From the IMG/VR virus record IMGVR_UViG_3300007961_000315: a stretch of DNA of 20,000 bases. The stretch is one strand, 5' to 3'. Shown one piece after another: positions 14,280-20,000 of the stretch. Position 1 is the stretch's first letter; each line of letters starts with the position of its first letter. The notes beneath the pieces are model-generated. The model saw only the letters and a list, made by a program, of their open reading frames with translations, was not told where the DNA came from and made no database searches. The position numbers and the translations under genes were made by a program. Source of the DNA: an uncultured virus (IMG/VR IMGVR_UViG_3300007961_000315). Lineage: Duplodnaviria > Heunggongvirae > Uroviricota > Caudoviricetes.

Positions 14280-15134
14280 ATGGGTTTACTGGATATTAGC
14301 CTGTTGGTGAAGGAATTTTACGCAATCGAAGCGGTCACGGCAATGTTGACTGGGGCGGGATATGGTGATTTCCAGCTAATGCGGCATAGCCATAACCGTT
14401 GGTATCAGGATTTCACCGATTTTAGAAATGAATATATCTCCAAATTCGCATCTGCCATCTATGACTACACCGCTCTGGTCGTTGCTGCGGAACTGCGGCA
14501 TGCTATGCGAAACGCATCCCATTACATAGCGAATTACTATACGAATTCCCTCCACAGGGATGAAGTTTATCGCGATTGTACAACGTACACACCTGAGGGT
14601 ATTTTAAAATCCGGGTTCAGGATATTTGACCCTGAACAGGTGAAATGGTCTGAATCGTATGGCGGTGAAAAATGGTGGAACATCGCAAAGGCGGGTCTCA
14701 TGAAAGGCCGGGTCAGCGACTGCATTTTCATCGATCACTGTGTCGATCTGTCCCACAATAATAGTGTGTATTTCGATAAAAGTGCCGGAATTTTCTATTT
14801 GAGTGAGAAGGAAAAATACAGTGACTTCCTCGATTGGAAACGCATTTGCGATCCCCGGGATCTCCTCCAGGAGCAAAGAGGCGCTATCTTGAACAGGCTG
14901 ATTTGGAGGGCGGATAACCTGAACATTATCCGGGACTGTTATGTGGACAACCTGTTTTTTACAGAGTCCGATAAGGCGGAAAAGCTTTTACTTGATTACC
15001 GTCCGGTCCAGTGGGGAAATAAGCATCTGGAGTGCTCTGAAAACAGCATATTACAAAGCGATGAATTTTACAGGGAGGAAAAAGACGAAAGAGAGGAATA
15101 TGAGAGGCAATGCAGATATGCAAAATGCGCTTAG
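14280..15134 (+). CDS. Hypothetical protein (284 aa)
   Basis: AAGGAGGAGG RBS; aromatic-rich globular sequence (SYGGEKW, FIDHCVDLSHNN); family not recognised. Confidence 0.8.
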   Translation: MGLLDISLLVKEFYAIEAVTAMLTGAGYGDFQLMRHSHNRWYQDFTDFRNEYISKFASAIYDYTALVVAAELRHAMRNASHYIANYYTNSLHRDEVYRDCTTYTPEGILKSGFRIFDPEQVKWSESYGGEKWWNIAKAGLMKGRVSDCIFIDHCVDLSHNNSVYFDKSAGIFYLSEKEKYSDFLDWKRICDPRDLLQEQRGAILNRLIWRADNLNIIRDCYVDNLFFTESDKAEKLLLDYRPVQWGNKHLECSENSILQSDEFYREEKDEREEYERQCRYAKCA

Positions 15135-15144
15135 GAGAGTTTGA

Positions 15145-15846
15145 ATGGGAAAAAGATGGAGATTTGAGGACCAAAGCAGGAATTTATGCCATGCCGGTCC
15201 AGTGGAGGTAATTAAAAATCTGTTCTGCGGAAGTATGGAAGAGTCTGCTGCCATGGCTTCGTCCATTCAGGTCAATACCCTGGTCCCTTTGGATTCTATG
15301 CGTGCGAATGTATGGAATCAGGGCTTTCGCGGGGAAGTCTTATACTATCCGATCGAGGACTATGGAGTTTTGCCAGATGATGTTTTAAACGATCTGGCGT
15401 CTAAAATTATCAACCGTCTCAAGTGCGGGAAAAAAGTAGGGCTGTTCTGCTTGGGCGGCCATGGAAGGACCGGATACGTTGCGTCTGTTGTTCTTGGAAA
15501 GCTGGGCTGGGAAGACCCGATAGGCTTTCTAAGAGAAAATTACTGCAAACATGCAGTAGAGAGCAATGATCAAATCCGCCATATTTCGAAAGTACTGGAT
15601 AAACCGGAACTGCTGGAGGAATATTTAACATTTGACAGATTTGATGATTTTTATGGGTTCCGGTTTGACTATTTGAACGGCCTTGGATTTGACCACCGAT
15701 ACTATATGGCGGATTCAGATGTATCTGTTTGTGGGAACTGCGCTTGGATGATGGATGGGATATGTCAAATATATAAGACTTTTGTGGACGACGATGAGCT
15801 TGCATGTGAGATTTTTTCCAAAAAGGAGTCTTCGTTCAGCAAGTAA
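15145..15846 (+). CDS. Dual-specificity / protein-tyrosine phosphatase (CX5R) with C-terminal Cys cluster
   Basis: YPIEDYGV acid loop; FCLGGHGRTG P-loop; VESNDQ Q-loop; CGNC...C...C tail. Confidence 0.85.
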   Translation: MGKRWRFEDQSRNLCHAGPVEVIKNLFCGSMEESAAMASSIQVNTLVPLDSMRANVWNQGFRGEVLYYPIEDYGVLPDDVLNDLASKIINRLKCGKKVGLFCLGGHGRTGYVASVVLGKLGWEDPIGFLRENYCKHAVESNDQIRHISKVLDKPELLEEYLTFDRFDDFYGFRFDYLNGLGFDHRYYMADSDVSVCGNCAWMMDGICQIYKTFVDDDELACEIFSKKESSFSK

Positions 15847-15931
15847 AGTCGTCCGATTTCCGCATTGCGATCATTTAATAAAAAGGAGGATGCCCGTCCC
15901 CGGTGTCTGAGAGTCCGGAGGCGGGTATAAA

Positions 15932-16756
15932 ATGCTTATGAAACTTGAGAGTATTCAGAATACCTTTCGTCGGAGGAAAATCATTACCTATGCAAGCGAT
16001 CACTGTACGGCTGTGGTCAAGAACATATGCCTGCAGCAGCTTGCCGGCTATTTGTACAAGGGGAAGAACAAATCTGACCAATATGGCCAGACATTCTGCC
16101 GGTTCTATATTTTCTATCCGGAATTGGATATCGGAATGGACGTCGGCGGAATAACCTACCCGGATACACGGACAGTCGAGGAGATCCAGTCTTGGATTGA
16201 TCCGGCGCTTTTGCAGGGCCCGCGTGCTTTTATAAAAGCACTTGATCAGGAAGTCATCGAGGGAAAGCGCATCGTAAACGCACAGATCGAACTGGCTCGG
16301 TACATTGCACCCGAAAAGGTAGACGTCTATATCGAAGCACGTCAACAGTATTTGGACAAGCGGGAGGCAGCCCGGAAACTGGATCGAGAAAAACGTGAGG
16401 CTGAGGATGCAGCGTACTGCAAAGAGAAAAACGAGGAAACGCATAAGGAGATCAACCGGGCACTGGAGATCCTTCGTACCGGCGGCAAACTGGAGAATGA
16501 CTGCGTCGTTTTTTACAAGACGAGATACGACAAACGGTCTTACCAGATAGTCAACTATCTGGCTCGGGAGTACGGCGTTGAGATTCCCTTAAAAGTGCAG
16601 GGATGGATCAACCACAGCTTGGTTCATGTGATTATTCGCGATGGCAAAACGGCTCAAATCCGGTACACCGGCCGGATGTCAAAAACCGTTTGGCTGTATA
16701 TGGACCAGTTGATTCACAGCGTCTGTGAGCATGAATCTGTTCAAAAATCGGCGTGA
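15932..16756 (+). CDS. Hypothetical protein (274 aa) with central coiled coil
   Basis: Long ORF in the operon; GGAGG upstream. Confidence 0.8.
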   Translation: MLMKLESIQNTFRRRKIITYASDHCTAVVKNICLQQLAGYLYKGKNKSDQYGQTFCRFYIFYPELDIGMDVGGITYPDTRTVEEIQSWIDPALLQGPRAFIKALDQEVIEGKRIVNAQIELARYIAPEKVDVYIEARQQYLDKREAARKLDREKREAEDAAYCKEKNEETHKEINRALEILRTGGKLENDCVVFYKTRYDKRSYQIVNYLAREYGVEIPLKVQGWINHSLVHVIIRDGKTAQIRYTGRMSKTVWLYMDQLIHSVCEHESVQKSA

Positions 16757-16810
16757 ATCAATGAAAATTTCCGCTGATATTCCCCAATTTAAAATTGTGA
16801 GGTAACTAAA

Positions 16811-17203
16811 ATGAGGTTTAAAAAGCCAACAATCTGCCCGTATTGCGGCGGAAAGGTAATTTTTACGGACTCCTCTGTGATGTACGGAAGAAGCTATGGA
16901 ATGGTGTATCTCTGCACGAACTGTGGAGCGAGTGTGGGCGTACATAAGGGGACTCAAAAACCTTTGGGTACTTTGGCAAATGCTGCACTTAGAAATAAAC
17001 GGAGGGAGACCCACGCAGTCTTTGATAGTTTTTGGAAACAGCGCAAAATGAACCGCACTGAAGCTTATAAATGGTTAGCTCGGCAGATGCAGCTTCCGGA
17101 GTATCGCGCTCACATCGGCCAGATGGACATGGAACAGTGCGCTCAGGTAATCCGGGTTGTGCAGAGCCAAAATCAGCCGGAATCATCCCGGATGACAGAA
17201 TAA
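16811..17203 (+). CDS. DUF3268-like zinc-finger protein
   Basis: CPYCG...YLCTNCGASVGVH...PLGTLANAALR...HAVFD..W...AYKWLA...HIG; GAGGT RBS. Confidence 0.85.
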   Translation: MRFKKPTICPYCGGKVIFTDSSVMYGRSYGMVYLCTNCGASVGVHKGTQKPLGTLANAALRNKRRETHAVFDSFWKQRKMNRTEAYKWLARQMQLPEYRAHIGQMDMEQCAQVIRVVQSQNQPESSRMTE

Positions 17204-17371
17204 CCAGTACCATATTTAGGCGGTTTGCTATACCGGCAAGTCCACGGCTTTACATTTACCGACTACCGGCTCTGCGATAAAAAGCGGACACCCTAATCTA
17301 TCAGCTATGACCTGCTGCTCTATGATTGGGAAAGTGTATCCAAAAGGCAGGGTAATTGAGAGAGGAAACGA

Positions 17372-17773
17372 TTGGAGGCAAGCACTTTGAAATTAGACCG
17401 GATAGAACATATCGACTACTTTGAGGGGGCGACAATATTTTGGGCGGATCTTTCTGAGGCGCCGCAGGAACTGCAGGATTTGGCGCGAGCACTAGACGGT
17501 TCTGAGTATGATCCCATGCGCTTTGGAATGTGCATCCATCACGACGTGGCGACAGGAGAATGGAGCGTTGTGACCGATACCGATCTGTCCACCGGAGAGA
17601 ACTGTAATGTTTTTTATATCGATAAGGAAGGAGATAAGTATTGGTTCAAAGCGGATCTTACGCAAGACTTTGTTCTCTTGGTATTCATGGAATGTAAACG
17701 GGCCGCAGTTAAATCAAATGGCGACCCCATGGAAGGTAGTTGCCCAATAATCGACCTCCCAAAGCAGCCTTGA
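17372..17773 (+). CDS. Hypothetical acidic protein (133 aa)
   Basis: TTG start after GAGAGGA; followed by a terminator. Confidence 0.7.
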   Translation: MEASTLKLDRIEHIDYFEGATIFWADLSEAPQELQDLARALDGSEYDPMRFGMCIHHDVATGEWSVVTDTDLSTGENCNVFYIDKEGDKYWFKADLTQDFVLLVFMECKRAAVKSNGDPMEGSCPIIDLPKQP

Positions 17774-17789
17774 AAAGACAGTTTAAATA

Positions 17790-17832
17790 AAGAAAAGGTG
17801 TTCCTTGCTAAGCAGGGTGCACCTTTTCTTTC
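17790..17832 (+). terminator. Bidirectional terminator ending the rightward operon
   Basis: AAGAAAAGGTG-TT-CCTTGCT-A-AGCAGGG-TG-CACCTTTTCTT. Confidence 0.85.
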
Positions 17833-17871
17833 TCAAATATAAAAGTCCCAAAAATGCGAGAAAGTTGCATC

Positions 17872-17900
17872 TTGCATTTTTCAACCACATTATTTATAAT
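17872..17900 (+). promoter_or_regulatory. Possible sigma-A promoter
   Basis: TTGCAT-17 bp-TATAAT, but in AT-rich DNA. Confidence 0.5.
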
Positions 17901-18026
17901 TAAATTACTATTATGACAAGTGTGATAAAAAACATAATATTATTGTGCTAAATTTTGAAGCATATATAGGCTGAAAATTGGTGTTCAAAGTATTCGGTGG
18001 ATCGGTGTTGGATATTTGTAGGACTG

Positions 18027-18148
18027 CAAAAGCGGCACAAATCCTCAGTCTTTAGGGATGGAATATCAAGCTTCAGAGGTATTCTTCATTTTGAAACAAT
18101 CATTGTTGATCGCAGAATCCCTGGCTTTAGCCATGGGGAGTATGTCAA
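18027..18148 (+). mobile_element. Miniature non-autonomous IS200/IS605 derivative (PATE-like)
   Basis: Right end GAATCCCTGGCTTTAGCCATGGGGAGTATGTCAA (18115-18148) parallels the IS right end; a degenerate left-end-like segment GGCACAAATCCTCAGTCTTTAGGGATGGAATATCAAGC lies upstream. Left boundary approximate. Confidence 0.7.
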
Positions 18149-18185
18149 GTATCTGTAATTCAGCATTATAAAAGGAGAAATTACT

Positions 18186-18470
18186 ATCGATACGAACCAA
18201 TTATTACAGATGATCGTGCAGGAATCTGGGTATCCGAGGGAGACAGTGACAGCTGTATATCTTTCAATGATCAACACGCTGGAAAATGTACTTGGCCGGG
18301 GAGAGGTCGTAGATCTATCCCCGGAATGGGGCAAGTTTATTCCAAAACTGAGGGAACAAAAATTGAATCCCGGTTCCCCGCGCACGCCAAAGGATACGCG
18401 GTATCAGGTGTTTTTTCGTTTCAGCAATGATTTTGAAAAGAAGATAAAACCCTTGCGCAAGGAGATTTGA
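18186..18470 (+). CDS. HU/IHF-like DNA-binding protein, apparent ATC start
   Basis: (M)DTNQLLQMIVQESGYPRETV...VLGRGEVVDL..WGKF...PRT...VFFRFSNDFEKKI follows the HU pattern; AAAGGAG lies 8 nt before the in-frame ATC. Confidence 0.65.
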   Translation: MDTNQLLQMIVQESGYPRETVTAVYLSMINTLENVLGRGEVVDLSPEWGKFIPKLREQKLNPGSPRTPKDTRYQVFFRFSNDFEKKIKPLRKEI

Positions 18471-18510
18471 GCTGGAGAGATTAATCCATCAAAGAGGTGA
18501 TGTCAGCTTT

Positions 18511-19050
18511 ATGTCGACGGACGACAGAATTGTTTTTGAGAAAATAGACGCACCGATAGAACGCATCAATTGACCGAGCAATGCGCCACATATAATCGTC
18601 TACATCGAAAATGTCAAAGACAGTGTTCCTAATGGCAGGCTGACAAATTTTTATCTGCAATCACCAGTCTTTTTTTGCGGTTTTGGAGATATGTTCCTTA
18701 CGATGGACTCTATTTACGATTATTTGAACTTTCCACAAGCCAGTCGGGAACCACGTAGCTTTATGCAGCCAAATAAGCGGTTTTATGACCATCTGGCTCC
18801 ATACCAAAAGCAGTTTTATCAGCGCTTTTCGATTAAGGCGCCAGTAAAGAAAGCCCTCGCTGTTTTTGTTGTCGAAACACGTTTTCGGCAGAACGGAAGT
18901 TGGCAGGGAACCGTTCGTTGGGTCCATGAAAACAAAACACAAAACTATTTAAGTGCCCTTCAGCTTCTGGGATTCATGACAGAGGCGATTCATACAATAC
19001 AAAACAGAAAACAACCAGGTGAGAAAGAAGCATTGGAACCTGATAGATGA
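18511..19050 (+). pseudogene. Clostridial-type hypothetical gene with an in-frame TGA at 18571-18573
   Basis: ATG at 18511 after AAAGAGGTGA is in frame with ORF 18691..19050; the read-through segment is protein-like; FRQNGSWQGTV motif downstream. Confidence 0.65.
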
Positions 19051-19121
19051 CCTAAAAAGACTTCGTATTGGCAAGGTGTGTAGAAGACCGTGGACTTGTA
19101 AGCTGTCAGGAAAAAACAAAT

Positions 19122-19331
19122 ATGTTAAGACCGGAAAAACATAAATTATTGATTAGCGATGATTCTGAAATAAACCGCTTGGCTTTGTCCAGAATTATGT
19201 GCAACGAATTTCAAATCGATGTGGCTCACAATGGATTGAAGGGATTGGAACTTCTACAAAAGAATGTAACAGATATCCTTCGGAGCGTTGAGTTTCTTGG
19301 GAGGGCCTTTATTATTATTGGGCCTCCTTGA
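19122..19331 (+). pseudogene. Truncated response-regulator receiver domain
   Basis: KLLISDDSEINRLALSRIM...AHNGLKGLELL is a REC N-terminus; similarity is lost before the phospho-acceptor Asp. Confidence 0.7.
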
Positions 19332-19529
19332 TCAATGATGAAACGATATACTCAGTTGGCATCCAGCCGGAATTCGGGCGGTGCGTCGAAGAATGTCGCC
19401 ATGGGGAGTTTTTAATGGTAATGTAGCTGTTTTTCTGGTAACAGAGATTTACTCATAAAATAACTTTGCTTTTTTATATATTGGTCGATAATCTAAATAT
19501 AGGTTTGTTTAAGGGGTAACACGAATTAC

Positions 19530-19558
19530 TTGCATATGTGTGCATGAAGCTGTATGAT
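19530..19558 (+). promoter_or_regulatory. Possible cheV promoter
   Basis: TTGCAT-17 bp-TATGAT. Confidence 0.5.
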
Positions 19559-19589
19559 ATGACTGAATGGGTAAAGTGGAGGTGGCCAA

Positions 19590-20000
19590 ATGGAAAAACA
19601 GGATATTCTATTGGAATCGGGTACCAATGAATTTGAAATTATGGAATTCACCATTGCGGGAGAGACCTTTGGCATTAATGTGGCGAAAGTCCGTGAAATT
19701 ATGATGGCGTGCCCGGTGAAACCCATGCAGAAGGCTCAAAAAGATATCGAAGGGATATTTAAATCCCGTGACATTGTTATCACGGTAATTGATTTGGCTA
19801 GCTACCTCAATCTGCCAGCATCGAAAAATCCCGATCGGGATATCTTCATTGTTACAAATTTTAATAACACCAATTTTGCTTTCCATGTGCATACAGTGGT
19901 TGGTATTGATCGAGTCTCCTGGCAGCAAATCAAGAAGCCCGACAAGATCATTTACGGTGGTCAGGAAGGTGTAGCAACGGGGATTGCAGATTTTGAAAAT
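19590..20000 (+). CDS. cheV: Chemotaxis protein CheV, N-terminal CheW domain (partial); not in the ORF track
   Basis: Manual translation MEKQDILLESGTNEFEIMEFTIAGETFGINVAKVREI...EGIFKSRD.VITVIDL; GGAGG RBS; open to the window end. Confidence 0.92.
   Translation, partial: MEKQDILLESGTNEFEIMEFTIAGETFGINVAKVREIMMACPVKPMQKAQKDIEGIFKSRDIVITVIDLASYLNLPASKNPDRDIFIVTNFNNTNFAFHVHTVVGIDRVSWQQIKKPDKIIYGGQEGVATGIADFEN

Noticed and set aside
18151..18211. 9-bp complementarity (ATCTGTAAT / ATTACAGAT) around the HU RBS
   Set aside because: Short and AT-rich; plausible by chance.
19460..19491. Sigma-28 promoter for cheV (GTCGATAA)
   Set aside because: No TAAA -35 at the correct spacing.
19608..19974. ORF-track ORFs 19608..19928 (-) and 19789..19974 (+)
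   Set aside because: Shadows of the cheV frame that starts at 19590.

Overview
Firmicute (Clostridia-like) DNA. Positions 1 to ~17830 look like the backbone or 'establishment' region of a large mobile element (ICE, conjugative plasmid or plasmid-prophage); no relaxase, T4SS, integrase or replication initiator is visible in the window. Two long operons point away from each other. The leftward one (2800 to <1) encodes small, often Cys-rich hypothetical proteins and a DUF4313-like protein. The rightward one (8632-17773) encodes a CHC2 zinc-finger primase-like fragment, a PcfK/AcrIIA9-like protein, a ParM/ParR-like pair, a DUF2815 phage-type SSB with a prion-like tail, a CX5R phosphatase, a DUF3268-like zinc finger and hypotheticals. 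Both operons start with the same unit: a TTGACA-17-TATACT promoter, then 12 bp, then a 103-bp element (100/103 identical between copies) containing a 16-bp palindrome, a hairpin and an intrinsic terminator ahead of the first gene. This candidate attenuation/antitermination switch is the most interesting feature. The 5.4 kb between the copies holds cargo: a class II Fic gene, an intact IS200/IS605 (tnpA+tnpB) whose flanks belong to two different truncated genes, a decayed Phd-ParE toxin-antitoxin pair, a serine-resolvase remnant and an AAA_14/DUF4143-type ATPase. After a terminator at ~17810 the DNA is visibly more AT-rich and partly decayed (IS605-derived miniature element, HU-like gene with an ATC start, nonsense-interrupted gene, receiver-domain remnant). 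The window ends in the 5' part of cheV. All family calls come from motif recognition by eye, not database searches.
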